Source: Spirochaetia bacterium (GTDB taxonomy: Bacteria > Spirochaetota > Spirochaetia > CADAEX01). Taken from it: a DNA stretch of 64,000 bases. Positions 1-10,003 of the stretch are shown here, in pieces (position 1 is the stretch's first letter; each line of letters begins with the position of its first letter). The notes below the pieces were generated by a model that did no database searches, had not been told where the DNA came from, and saw nothing but the letters and a program-made list of their open reading frames with translations. The translations under genes were made by a program, and so were the position numbers. The stretch covers positions 224,001 through 288,000 of the forward strand of contig CAXXHA010000001.1 in NCBI GenBank assembly GCA_963662265.2, written 5' to 3'.

Positions 1-421
1 TGTTCTTGAAGGACCTGTAGGCGATGAGCTTGTTGTTGACAGCAGCACAAACAAGGCTCTTTTTGTCGGAGGAGGAATTGGAATAACACCTTTCCTGCCT
101 ATGGTGAAAGATGCTGTGGAGAAAGAGAATATAAAAGAGGTGAAACTCATTTACGGAGTTAACAGGGAAGATGAACTTATTTACCGGGAGGAATTCGAAA
201 AGCTTGAAAAAGAAAATGATAAATTCGAATTCATCAAAGTTGCAGCATTTGATGACAAATGGAACGGTGAAAAAGGTTTTGTCACAGGACCAATGGACAG
301 ACTTAATCTTGATGAATATAAAATCTATATGTGCGGCCCCAAACCGATGATAAATGCTTCACTGGATAAACTGGACAAGCTTGGTATAGATAAAGACAGA
401 ATATACTACGAAAGCGCATAA
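1..421 (+). CDS. FAD/NAD(P)-binding oxidoreductase (ferredoxin-NADP reductase / NqrF-like C-terminal part), 5' end outside window
   Basis: Frame is open from base 2 (VLEGPVG...LFVGGGIGITPFLPM), then LIYG..R, GFVT and YMCGPKPMI...IYYE motifs of the FNR NAD-binding domain. Confidence 0.85.
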   Translation, partial: VLEGPVGDELVVDSSTNKALFVGGGIGITPFLPMVKDAVEKENIKEVKLIYGVNREDELIYREEFEKLEKENDKFEFIKVAAFDDKWNGEKGFVTGPMDRLNLDEYKIYMCGPKPMINASLDKLDKLGIDKDRIYYESA

Positions 422-450
422 TAAAAACTTTTCTTCTTTCCATATTTTCC

Positions 451-477
451 GGCTGCTCTTATTAAGGGCAGCCTTTT
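451..477 (+). terminator. Intrinsic terminator
   Basis: GGCTGCTCTT-ATT-AAGGGCAGCC followed by TTTT, 30 nt after the stop. Confidence 0.75.
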
Positions 478-595
478 ATAATGGTCTAATAAACCATAAT
501 TTTCCGGTATAATACTTACAGACTGAACCATCTAAAGAAGTGTTTTTAAATCACAAATCATTTATTACATTGATCTTGATAATATTCTGAAATGA

Positions 596-940
596 TTAAT
601 TAAAAGTTTTTCCATTCCTGAAAAAGGAAATATCATGTCCGATAAAAATGACAGGATTTTTCCCCTCAGCAATTACAATGAATACCGGGCTTTCCGGACT
701 ACTGTTAATCTTGAGGAATTTTTCAAGCATTTCCAGGATACTGCCTGGATTATAACCGCAGCTGATACCTGCATTTTCAGCCTCTTTAAAAAGTTCCAGT
801 ATTGAATATTCTGTATCTGAAAATTCATTTAGCTCTGTCATGCGGTAAATAAATGATTTTCCCAGAAGCTGCTCAAGAACGAGTTCTTCTGTTTCCGAGG
901 AGATCAGTCTGTCATTAACTGATGAATATCTGTACTTCAT
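596..940 (-). CDS. Hypothetical protein (~114 aa)
   Basis: ORF with protein-like composition; ATG at 940 (MKYRYSS) preferred over the longer call; no recognisable motif. Confidence 0.5.
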   Translation of the reverse strand: MKYRYSSVNDRLISSETEELVLEQLLGKSFIYRMTELNEFSDTEYSILELFKEAENAGISCGYNPGSILEMLEKFLKINSSPESPVFIVIAEGKNPVIFIGHDISFFRNGKTFN

Positions 941-1083
941 ATTTATATGTATTTTCAGAACATGATTCAGCCGGATCAGCCTTAAAAAATATATGGCCTT
1001 AATCCGGCAACCTGATATATATAATATCAACTCTACCGGTTATTGATCTTTTTTACCCATAAATAAATTACTGAAAACATAAC

Positions 1084-1109
1084 CAGGGGAGAGATTATCT
1101 CTCCCCCTG
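1084..1109 (-). terminator. Hairpin / probable terminator after the 5'-nucleotidase gene
   Basis: CAGGGGAGAGAT...ATCTCTCCCCCTG inverted repeat about 10 nt past the stop. Confidence 0.6.
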
Positions 1110-1118
1110 ATAATAAAA

Positions 1119-2726
1119 CTATTTAAGAGTAATTCGTCCCTCTGTAACCGGAGCTATTTTTCCGCCGAGAGATATAATATATTCAATAAACGCATCTCTC
1201 TGCATCAGTGAACTATCATAAAAATCAACCCGATCCTTGAAAACAGAATACCCGTCGCCGCCTGCTGCAAGATATGAGTTTGTTGCAATTCTGTATTCCT
1301 TTGAAGGGTCAACAGCCTTGCCGTTTATCTTGAGATCTGAAATCGTACCGGCAGCTGTATCAATCACGAATGACACACCTTTTGATACCTGAGGCATTGC
1401 GCCGTGTGTGACTGTTTCAGGTGTTCTTTCAAACAGCTTGATAACATCTGAACCCTTGAGAGTTACAAGAGCAACTGAATTATCAAAAGGGAGAACTTCA
1501 TAGATTGTCTGCTTCTTTATTTCCCCCTCGGGAATATCTGTTCTGATTCCCCCTCCGTTCTGGAACGCAAAATCAGCTTTCAGATTCTGATTATTACAGA
1601 ACCAGAGCATTGAATCTGATACTATATTTCCAATTGCTGTTTCCATGTTACGTGTTTCAGCATTCAGGAAAGGAGCAGAGGCCTCTCCAATGGTTTCACT
1701 CAATACAGCATCCACCTTATCAACATAGGGTTTCAGAAGAGCGGCAAGATCTTTATCTTCCGGAATTTCCTTATCAATGAAATGATATACACTGCTTCCA
1801 TCCGCAAGTTTTTCCCTTTTCTTCACATTGACAGGTACAAGATCAAAATCAAGACCAGTTACTTCACCATTTTTAAATTTAAGTAAAACTTTTCCCATAT
1901 AAAGGCCCCATTCACTTGCCTGTACAATGGGAACCTCTTTACCTGATTCATTATTTTTTATCATTACAGGTTCTTTCATTTTGGTATGGGTATGTCCGTC
2001 AATTATCATTGCAATCCCGGGCACCTGTGAAGCAAGACGTTTTGATCCCTCTTCTGCACTGTCATAAAGTCCCATATGAACCAGTGCTATTACAATATCA
2101 GCTTTTTCCTTAAGTTCAGGAACAAGCTCATTTGCAACTTCAACTTCATCTTTAAAAACATAACCTTTGATATTTTCAGGATTTCCTGTTTCAGCAGTTC
2201 CTGAATCCAGAAGGCCGAGCAGCGCCACCTTGAAAGCCCCGTATTCCTTGATTATATAGGGTTCAACATTATCGATATAGCTTCCGTCCTCTTTTACAAC
2301 ATTTGCGCAGAGCCATGGAAATTCTGATAAAGCAATCTGAGACTGCATATCTTTCGCACTTGGATCAAATTCATGGTTACCCATTGCAAGGGCATCATAG
2401 CCTATATAATTCATGCCGATTATATCCGGTTCAGCCTTGAAAAAATTTGATTCGGGACGGCCAGTATTAAAGTCCCCTGCGCTCAGCACAAGTACATTTT
2501 CATTACCAGATTTTATCTCTTTCACAAGTGTTGCCTGTGCAGGAAGTCCCCCCTGACCGGGAGCGGGGTAATTGTAAAAAGCCACAGGATGCCCGTGATG
2601 GTCATTTGTATGAAGTACAACAAGACTGTGCTCAACATCAGGCTGGGCAATGGGAGAATGGCTGCATGATATAAGAGTCAGCAGCACTACCGAAATGATC
2701 AGAAATAAACGCAGTGTTTTTTTCAT
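1119..2726 (-). CDS. Bifunctional metallophosphoesterase / 5'-nucleotidase lipoprotein (UshA family), catalytic motifs intact
   Basis: Lipobox LISC; motifs TNDHH, AGD, GNHEF, VHMG, GHTH; C-terminal NGGGIR, LPF, YLAAGGDGY; SD AAGGAG. Confidence 0.92.
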   Translation of the reverse strand: MKKTLRLFLIISVVLLTLISCSHSPIAQPDVEHSLVVLHTNDHHGHPVAFYNYPAPGQGGLPAQATLVKEIKSGNENVLVLSAGDFNTGRPESNFFKAEPDIIGMNYIGYDALAMGNHEFDPSAKDMQSQIALSEFPWLCANVVKEDGSYIDNVEPYIIKEYGAFKVALLGLLDSGTAETGNPENIKGYVFKDEVEVANELVPELKEKADIVIALVHMGLYDSAEEGSKRLASQVPGIAMIIDGHTHTKMKEPVMIKNNESGKEVPIVQASEWGLYMGKVLLKFKNGEVTGLDFDLVPVNVKKREKLADGSSVYHFIDKEIPEDKDLAALLKPYVDKVDAVLSETIGEASAPFLNAETRNMETAIGNIVSDSMLWFCNNQNLKADFAFQNGGGIRTDIPEGEIKKQTIYEVLPFDNSVALVTLKGSDVIKLFERTPETVTHGAMPQVSKGVSFVIDTAAGTISDLKINGKAVDPSKEYRIATNSYLAAGGDGYSVFKDRVDFYDSSLMQRDAFIEYIISLGGKIAPVTEGRITLK

Positions 2727-3230
2727 AGAAATCTCTCCTTTTTGATTTTTAATTATATAATTGCAAAAATTAAATAATCTTCTTTTAAATTACAGTTATC
2801 AGGATCAGGTAAATATATATTATAGCTTCTTTCCTCTGATTTGGCCAATAAAGAAAAAAAATATTCAGGGGAGATTTGTTATTAGAGACTAATCAAATAT
2901 CAGAATAAAGGGGATTTATTGAGTAAGGAAAATCAAATGGGGAAAGTGTTAAGGAGATGCATGAAAGTTAATATCTGATTACAAGCAGGACTCTGGAGGC
3001 CATAACAGTCAATTACTTTAAGACTTACACGGATAGTTGATCCATTATTTGAATTTCCAGAAATGCTGTCTTCAAATGATACGAAGCTCAAGATCAGAGA
3101 GAAAACTGAATAAACATTTCTATAACTAAGTGTATTTCTCTTTACAATTTTAAATCTTTTTATTAACAGAATTACCAGTCATAACAATTTACAACTTATT
3201 TAGTATATAATGATATTTTATCTCTAAAGT

Positions 3231-3261
3231 AAAAAGGCTGCCTTTATTAAAAGACAGCCTT
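3231..3261 (-). terminator. Intrinsic terminator of the lipoprotein gene
   Basis: Minus strand GGCTGTCTTT-TAAT-AAAGGCAGCC-TTTTT. Confidence 0.75.
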
Positions 3262-3294
3262 GATAACAGCTATATATACTAATTAAAACATGGC

Positions 3295-3973
3295 TTAATC
3301 CATAAAAGTCCAGACAGCACCGGATATTGTACCTCCTGTATAAGTATATGTTGAACCATCAGATGTTTTGCTTATAACCTTGTTCCATCCCTGGGAAAGA
3401 GAGACATTATCAAAAGTATAAGTTAGACTTCCATCTACTGCTGTTCCGCTTATAACTGTATTTTCAGAAGCATAGATATATTCATACCACAAAGCATAAG
3501 TTCCGGTATATTCAAATTCCTTCACCTGTTCATTATTTGTATCCCGGATTTCAGCAGAATACACATTTGCACCGGAGACAGAAGAGTTAAATCCCCAATC
3601 TCCCGCAGTTACCAGATCTGTTGAAGGGGGAGCTCCTGCATAACTGAAGGTAAAAGAATCATCAGCATCATTACCATCACTGTCGGAATCCAATTCCGCA
3701 CCATCATTTGTTCCACCTGTAGTATTATCAATATCATATGGAGCTGTTGCTGTGGTTGCATCATCTGATGTTGTTCCATTTTCCCATGTAGGAGGAGTTG
3801 TATTCGGTGGAGAATTAAATGTCTTTGTTATTGTGCCGGAAAGACTAAGAGTATTTCCAAGTGAAATTGCCTGTAGTAGTATCATCACTGCTGCTTCCCG
3901 AGTCCTCACAAGATGTAAAAGCAAAAAACATAATAACTGTTAAAATCAAAAAAATTAAATTAATCTTTCTCAT
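3295..3973 (-). pseudogene. Thr/Ser/Gly/Asp-rich surface lipoprotein with a +1 frameshift near 3870
   Basis: ATG at 3973 gives MRKINLIFLILTVIMFFAFTS-C (lipobox) EDSGSSSDDTTT; removing one G joins it to AISLGNTLSLSG of ORF 3295..3924; contains a DSDSDG Ca-loop-like motif. Confidence 0.75.
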
Positions 3974-4053
3974 TGGTTTATCCTTTTATCTGTTTTTAAT
4001 AAATCCATACTGAATTTACAATTAAAAGAATAAGCCTATCTAAAGAATCTGTC

Positions 4054-4075
4054 GTCTCAATATGCATAATGAGAC
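4054..4075. promoter_or_regulatory. 22-bp near-perfect palindrome, candidate operator of the adjacent AraC regulator
   Basis: GTCTCAATATGCATAATGAGAC about 80 nt upstream of the lipoprotein start. Confidence 0.55.
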
Positions 4076-4144
4076 TTTTATGCAATAAGTTACTGCAGGA
4101 TTATCAGTTTAAATTACAGGAACGGGAATTATTCCCTGACATTA

Positions 4145-5260
4145 TTACTGCAGGGTGTTTCTGCCCTTAATGCTGTTAACAAATTCAGATGGTGTAATCC
4201 CCATTTCTTCCTTGAATACCCTGTTGAAAGTGCTTTTTGAAGGGAACCCTGCATCAAAAGCTATATCAATAATCGGATGGAATTTCTGAACATCACTGTT
4301 AATTTGGTCTATGAAATATTCAAGCCTTTTTCTGTTAAGATAAGTTCTAAAACTTACACCGCAGCATCGATTCACTGCAAAAGAGAGGCGGTTAGGATGC
4401 ACCTCAAATTCAGAAGCAAGATCCCTTATAACAAGATCTGGATTATGAAAAACACCCTCTGTAAACCTAGCACTTACCATATCAAGAAGGTTTTTACACT
4501 CAATTTCGGAACAGAGGGGCTCTGTTTTCCCGGAAGTTTTTGGATATTCAAAAGCAGATATTTCCGGGGCAATCAGAAGAAAAAAAGATATAACGTAAAT
4601 AAGAACTGCCATAGACGTTGTAAGTATAAAAAACGGAAGGACAATTCCGCCTGCAAGATCCTGTGTAACAGAAGGGGGAAGCGCAACATAGGCAAATGCG
4701 GCAAGAACTCCTGACGGAATAATGATAAGCAGCCTGGCACAGAGTTTTTTGGAGCCGGACAGTTTTTCCGATTTCACACCGAATGCAGTTCTTCCAGACA
4801 TAACAATATATACAATATTCAAAATAACTTTTAATCCGTTTCTGACAGGAAGCCACAGCGGAGGATTCCCGGTAAACACATCTGTAATGAAATTCTGATA
4901 TTCAGATGCAGACATAGATATGAGAGTAAATACAAGAGCAGATAATTCCAGAAAGTAAGGTATAAAATGAATAAAGAGAGGCTTAGGCGTTTTCAATCTG
5001 TCGCTTCCAAGTTCTCTTATATACCACCACAAAAGCGGGCCGAAAAGAAACGGAAGCGGTGCTGTCATAGGGTATATCCAGGGCAATTTCAGAAGAATAT
5101 CTAGATTCCATGTTGGTATTGTTGCAAGGCGCACAGAAAAAACAATCAGAAGCAGAGCCAGCGGCATTATTTTTCCATGTCTGAATCTGAAGAGAATCGA
5201 TAGGAGTATTATAAATCCCTGAATCGCGCCCAGAGAAGCTATTAATATCAAAGCCTGCAT
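4145..5260 (-). CDS. Membrane-anchored AraC-family transcriptional regulator
   Basis: About 7 hydrophobic segments, then double HTH (LASEFEVHPNRLS...IIDIAFDAGFPSKSTFNRVFKEEMGITPSEF). Confidence 0.92.
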   Translation of the reverse strand: MQALILIASLGAIQGFIILLSILFRFRHGKIMPLALLLIVFSVRLATIPTWNLDILLKLPWIYPMTAPLPFLFGPLLWWYIRELGSDRLKTPKPLFIHFIPYFLELSALVFTLISMSASEYQNFITDVFTGNPPLWLPVRNGLKVILNIVYIVMSGRTAFGVKSEKLSGSKKLCARLLIIIPSGVLAAFAYVALPPSVTQDLAGGIVLPFFILTTSMAVLIYVISFFLLIAPEISAFEYPKTSGKTEPLCSEIECKNLLDMVSARFTEGVFHNPDLVIRDLASEFEVHPNRLSFAVNRCCGVSFRTYLNRKRLEYFIDQINSDVQKFHPIIDIAFDAGFPSKSTFNRVFKEEMGITPSEFVNSIKGRNTLQ

Positions 5261-5376
5261 CGGTTTATTATAATCCGGGTTTTAATATTTATTAAGGGAA
5301 GATTTTAATAATTTCTGAAAGTTCTCCGGAGAAACAGGATCAGCAAAGCGAAATAAACAGGAATCAGGGTACTGAA

Positions 5377-6643
5377 CTACCTGAACACAACCCTGTTTCT
5401 CCCTTCCTGTTTTGCCTTGTACAGGAAATCATCAGCCTGTTTTATGATTTCAGATGCTGTTTCACCGTTATATTCTGATACACCGGCGCTTATTGTAACT
5501 GAGAAATTTTCACTTCTGAAAACAAGCTGTTCAATTTTTTTTCTGAAAGATTCAGCATCTTCTACAGCATCCTCTAGTCCCCTGTTTTTAAGAATAACAA
5601 GAAATTCCTCACCGCCGTACCTGCCGCACACAGACTCAGGACCGAATTCTGCCTTTAAAAGCTCTGCAATACTTAAAAGAACTCTGTCCCCTGTCTGATG
5701 TCCGTAGTTATCATTTACTGATTTAAAATAATCAATATCCAGAAGTATTACAGAGAATGGAATTTTAACTTTTTTAGTTTTTTCTGCAAGCTCATAAACC
5801 TTATCACAAATATACTTATGGTTATAAATGTTTGTAAGGCTGTCAGTTACAGCCATTTTTTTCAATTTCCTTGTAGAGAAAATATGATCTTGCATTTGCC
5901 TTGAGACGGGCCATGAGAATGGCATTGTCAAAAGGCTTGCTTATATAATCATCTGCCCCATGCATTATAGCATGCGACACAATCTTGAAATTGGAGACAC
6001 CTGACACAACAATAATTACACAGTTTTTGTTTCTCTGCCTCAGTTTCATTATTATTTCTTCACCTGTATAACGGGGAAGTACCATATCGACAAAATAGAA
6101 TGTGTAATTATCAGCATTTTTCAAAAACTCATCAGGATCAGAATAATAGGAAACATTTTCAATTTTATTCAGCTTGAATATACTGCTGATAACACTGAGC
6201 TCAAGCCTGCTGTCATCAAGTACTGCTATTCTTTCCTTCTGTATTTTTTTAAGAAGAGTATCCTGCCTGAGTATTGTATCAAAATAATTTTCAAGACGTT
6301 CGACAGTCATATCTTTCTTCAGAATATAATCCACTATCCCCAGAGAAAACAACCTGGTTCTGAGTTCCAGAGATTCTGTTGAAGTAAGTATAATTACAGG
6401 AATAGATGAGTATTCTGAACTGTTCAGTCTTACTATGAAATCCTCACCAGTCCCGTCCTTTAGCTGGTTACCGGTAATAATTATATCTATATCATTTTTC
6501 TCTAAAATATCAAAAGCTTCTGATATTTTTTCTACCGGTATGTATTCAAATCCCCTGGGTTCAATTATCATTTTCACATATGATTTGAATAATCTGCCGG
6601 ATTCAAGCTGTAATACTTTTCCCAAACCAGTACACCTTTCCAA
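5377..6643 (-). pseudogene. PleD-like REC-REC-GGDEF diguanylate cyclase split by a +1 frameshift in a 7-base run (5856-5862)
   Basis: ORF 5843..6643 has two receiver domains and ORF 5377..5931 has TDSLT...RYGGEEF; removing one A gives YKEIEKMAVTDSLT. May be an assembly error. Confidence 0.85.
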
Positions 6644-6769
6644 TTATTTTAAGATATAATACAACACTGTTATATTTTTTGCCACTTGTAAGCAATCCAA
6701 TATTTAAATAATCCTTTATTCCTGTTTTTTTATATATATTCGAACTTCATCAGGACTGACTGCAACATA

Positions 6770-6797
6770 AATCAGCCGGAATAAAATCCGGCTGATT
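6770..6797 (-). terminator. Terminator hairpin
   Basis: AATCAGCCGGA-ATAAAA-TCCGGCTGATT 10 nt past the stop at 6808. Confidence 0.7.
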
Positions 6798-6807
6798 ATT
6801 TAATTTT

Positions 6808-9699
6808 TTAAAAAACAGCAAGAACAGTTGTCTTGTATTTATCTTCATCAAAATTATAAAGCGTTCTGATTTTAATTACGCTCCTGACAGGTGTCGACAT
6901 CCAGCTCAGTTCAAAATTGAAACCGCATCCGACTGAATAGAGGTAATCAGAATCTCTTTCCCCTGTTTCAAATGTTATATCGTTGAACAGGTTAAGGTAT
7001 ATTCTTGAAAGATACGCAAAACTGCTGAACGGGATATCAGGATAAAAGAGAGGCAGAACATAATCTGCTGATCCGTAGAATGCAGAGTTGTAAAGTTTAA
7101 GATCATATCCTCTTGATACTGCAATATCTGACGGAGGAAAAACAGAACTATCATTAAGGTTCTTATACCAGGATCCATTGAACTTCAAACCATGGTTTTC
7201 AAAAAGCCCGGGAACATAAACTGATGCATCCGACTTGACAAGAGAATAAATATCAGATGTTGCTGAATCAATATAACTCTGCCTGAGCTGGATACCGAGC
7301 TCAGGATAAAGATCCTGCAGAGCCATATCTTTAAGCACGGAATAATAAACTGAATAAATAACAGGTATTTCAAACCCGTTCCTGTTTACACCGGTACTGC
7401 TTTCACTTTTCCAGTCTGAATAATCTGTAAACTCTGCAGTGGCAGAGAATGAAAGATGTCTTTCATAAAATGATGAGGAAAAATTGAACGGAATTTGCAA
7501 GCCAAGTATAGCAGTATTCTCCCTCCATGATTCCTCATATTCCGTATCATCTGAAAGCTCTGTTGTAACAGTTGTGTTTTTCAGCCTGTAGCCTGCTTTT
7601 ATGAGTGGAAAAAATCCTCCGTATTCCAGAAGTGTCTGAAAATTATAGTTTTCCTCTTCAAAACTGTATGAGCCTGACAGGGATAATGAAAGATCATTGA
7701 ATATATCGTTTGATTTAAGATTTATGCCCATACTGTCATCTTCAGAGTCATATATCAGTCCCCAGGAATGAAAGTTAAGGAGATTGAGTCCTCTTGAGTA
7801 TTCTGATTCATTATACTTCTTCTGAGGAATATTTTTTTCTGCAAGCAGAGGTTCATTCCCGCCCGGAAGCAGTCCCTTCATATCAACATTTCTGAAAAAA
7901 GAAGGGGTTTTAATGTTTTCATCAGAACCAGGTTTTTCAATTCTATCGGTACCTGAAAAAAAGTTTTCGGAAGAGTTTTGACCGGCATTATTCAGCCCGG
8001 TTACAGCTATTTTCCACCCGCCGGAAGTGTAGTCTGCAAATATAACAGAACTGTCCTCTTTTATTAAATATCTGCCTGAAGCAAACCTGCTGTCAGTTAT
8101 TCTTCGCTCAGACATAGTATCTGTATCAAGAGTATAAACCGCATCTATCCCGTTTTCAGGGGAAACATAATAAAGTGTATTATCTCTCAAATACGGATAT
8201 TTAATATTTATCCAGCTGAAATCCTTTAAAAGAATCTTTTCACCGGTTACAGCATCTGCTTTAAATACAGCAATTCCTCTGCTTCCTGATGCTGTATAAA
8301 CAACTGATTTTCCGTCTTCAGTAAACCTTGGAAAGGTTATTACATAGTTTTCACTGTTTTCAAGAGAGGAAATAAGCTGACCCTTTTCTGCAGAGATTAT
8401 TCTGATTATATGTTTCCTGTCAGGCGCCACTTCAACCGCAGCAATCTTTTTTCCGTCAGGACTTAGATCAGGTGAATAATAATATCCTTTCGAAGTCAGT
8501 TTTCTCCTGTTTCTGAAATCTGAATCAGCTGTAAATATATCTGAATATATTCTGTTGCCCCACCTGATATCACTTACAGCTTCGCTCCATACAAAGGACT
8601 TGTTTTTATAGCTGTAGGCTGAAGAGCTGTAGGGAACTTCTGATATTTTCTCTTCGCTGCCGTCAGGGCTGATCCTGTATATTGTGGTTATATTATCAAG
8701 AGATAATTTTACTGCAATTATATCATCGCCATCACAGCCGAGAGGTTCATATGAGTTGAAACCTTTATCAGCTCCAGTAATATAGCTGTACACGGAAAAA
8801 CCTCTCTCAGCCTCCTGTTTTTCCCATTCAGATTTATAATATTCCATTGCTTCTTCATGGATCTCTGCAACCCTTTTTCCTGTAACTTTTTTCACGGAAC
8901 TGTTGAAACGGAGAGGGATAAATGAAAGCTTTGCAGTTCTTTTGAGTATTTCATTCATCGCCTCTGTTCCGTACTTCATCTTTATATAAGTCACAAGAAG
9001 ATATCCGTGATTATAATGGTTAGGATAATAATCACCATATGAATTATTCAGAGCACTGTAATAACTGTATTTCTTATTGGAAAGGAGAATAGACTTGATC
9101 TCTTTTTCAAAATCAGGAAGCCTGCCTCTTCCCCCCTCTGTTAAGAGGGTTTCTGTAAGAACAGCATCGCCTTCAAAATACCACCCGGGGACTGAAAGGT
9201 GTATAAATACAGATCTCCCCCCCTCTCCGGTGAAGATCCCGATCAGTTTATTGAATCCTGAATTAAGCTTATCTATCTGTGCCATATGGTATGTTTCATG
9301 CGATGTAAGCAGTTTGTACCATTCAGTTGTTCCTGCGAAAGCTCCCTGGGGAGGAACAGAATAAAACTCTGACTTTTCCGGCGCTGATGCAACATAACCG
9401 TTGGGAAGGGCATAGGTGTTATTGAGAACAATTGTCCACTTTGACATTTCTGTATCAAGAATACCTTCAAGCACATTATTTTCATATTCAAGCATATTCA
9501 GTATTCTCTCAGCATCATTTCTAAGCTCAGCAGGATATATAATTTTAAAATTTTCTGTTTCTATTTTTTTCCAGTCAATTCCCGGCGGGAACTGGACAGT
9601 GTCAATTCCGAATTCATACTGGTCAGTATCTGAAAATCCGGGTTCTGAATATAAAACTGCTGAACACAGCAGCAGCAGGATAATATATATATTCTTCAT
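6808..9699 (-). CDS. Exported protein: gluzincin-like HExxH domain + TolB/PD40 beta-propeller + probable C-terminal Omp85-like beta-barrel
   Basis: ATG 9699 with SD AGGAG and signal peptide; HETYH...WYFEGDAV; PD40 repeats YSPDLSPDGK and TFPRFTEDGK; amphipathic beta C-terminus ending in Phe. Confidence 0.75.
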   Translation of the reverse strand: MKNIYIILLLLCSAVLYSEPGFSDTDQYEFGIDTVQFPPGIDWKKIETENFKIIYPAELRNDAERILNMLEYENNVLEGILDTEMSKWTIVLNNTYALPNGYVASAPEKSEFYSVPPQGAFAGTTEWYKLLTSHETYHMAQIDKLNSGFNKLIGIFTGEGGRSVFIHLSVPGWYFEGDAVLTETLLTEGGRGRLPDFEKEIKSILLSNKKYSYYSALNNSYGDYYPNHYNHGYLLVTYIKMKYGTEAMNEILKRTAKLSFIPLRFNSSVKKVTGKRVAEIHEEAMEYYKSEWEKQEAERGFSVYSYITGADKGFNSYEPLGCDGDDIIAVKLSLDNITTIYRISPDGSEEKISEVPYSSSAYSYKNKSFVWSEAVSDIRWGNRIYSDIFTADSDFRNRRKLTSKGYYYSPDLSPDGKKIAAVEVAPDRKHIIRIISAEKGQLISSLENSENYVITFPRFTEDGKSVVYTASGSRGIAVFKADAVTGEKILLKDFSWINIKYPYLRDNTLYYVSPENGIDAVYTLDTDTMSERRITDSRFASGRYLIKEDSSVIFADYTSGGWKIAVTGLNNAGQNSSENFFSGTDRIEKPGSDENIKTPSFFRNVDMKGLLPGGNEPLLAEKNIPQKKYNESEYSRGLNLLNFHSWGLIYDSEDDSMGINLKSNDIFNDLSLSLSGSYSFEEENYNFQTLLEYGGFFPLIKAGYRLKNTTVTTELSDDTEYEESWRENTAILGLQIPFNFSSSFYERHLSFSATAEFTDYSDWKSESSTGVNRNGFEIPVIYSVYYSVLKDMALQDLYPELGIQLRQSYIDSATSDIYSLVKSDASVYVPGLFENHGLKFNGSWYKNLNDSSVFPPSDIAVSRGYDLKLYNSAFYGSADYVLPLFYPDIPFSSFAYLSRIYLNLFNDITFETGERDSDYLYSVGCGFNFELSWMSTPVRSVIKIRTLYNFDEDKYKTTVLAVF

Positions 9700-9737
9700 C
9701 AATATTTCACTCCTATGATAAATATACAGGTTCTTTT

Positions 9738-9893
9738 GCAGGAAAAAAACTGCTTTCAGACAGTTAATATGAAGATTACTCAATTCTGGATATTGCTTTT
9801 GAAGTAGGTTTCAGTTCAAAATCCTCGTTCAACAGTATTTTCAAAAACAGAATCGGGCAGACACCTTCTGAATTCAGAAAAAAATATCAATAA
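9738..9893 (+). pseudogene. Orphan C-terminal fragment of an AraC HTH regulator (not in the ORF track)
   Basis: Reads AGKKLLSDS*YEDYSILDIAFEVGFSSKSSFNSIFKNRIGQTPSEFRKKYQ*; no ATG start, in-frame TAA at 9765. Confidence 0.85.
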
Positions 9894-10003
9894 GCAGTCT
9901 ATAAAAAAGGAGAGAACTGTTTCCCGCATGCTTTGACAAATAAACATCTTTATTAATTATTACTTTAATTGCAAAATACCAGCTTTAAAATATAATTATA
10001 GAC

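Noticed and set aside
9700-9783. N-terminal extensions in the ORF track (also at 26901, 27574, 28619, 28970, 54182, 54521)
   Set aside because: Downstream ATGs fit better with SD sites, signal peptides or family N-termini
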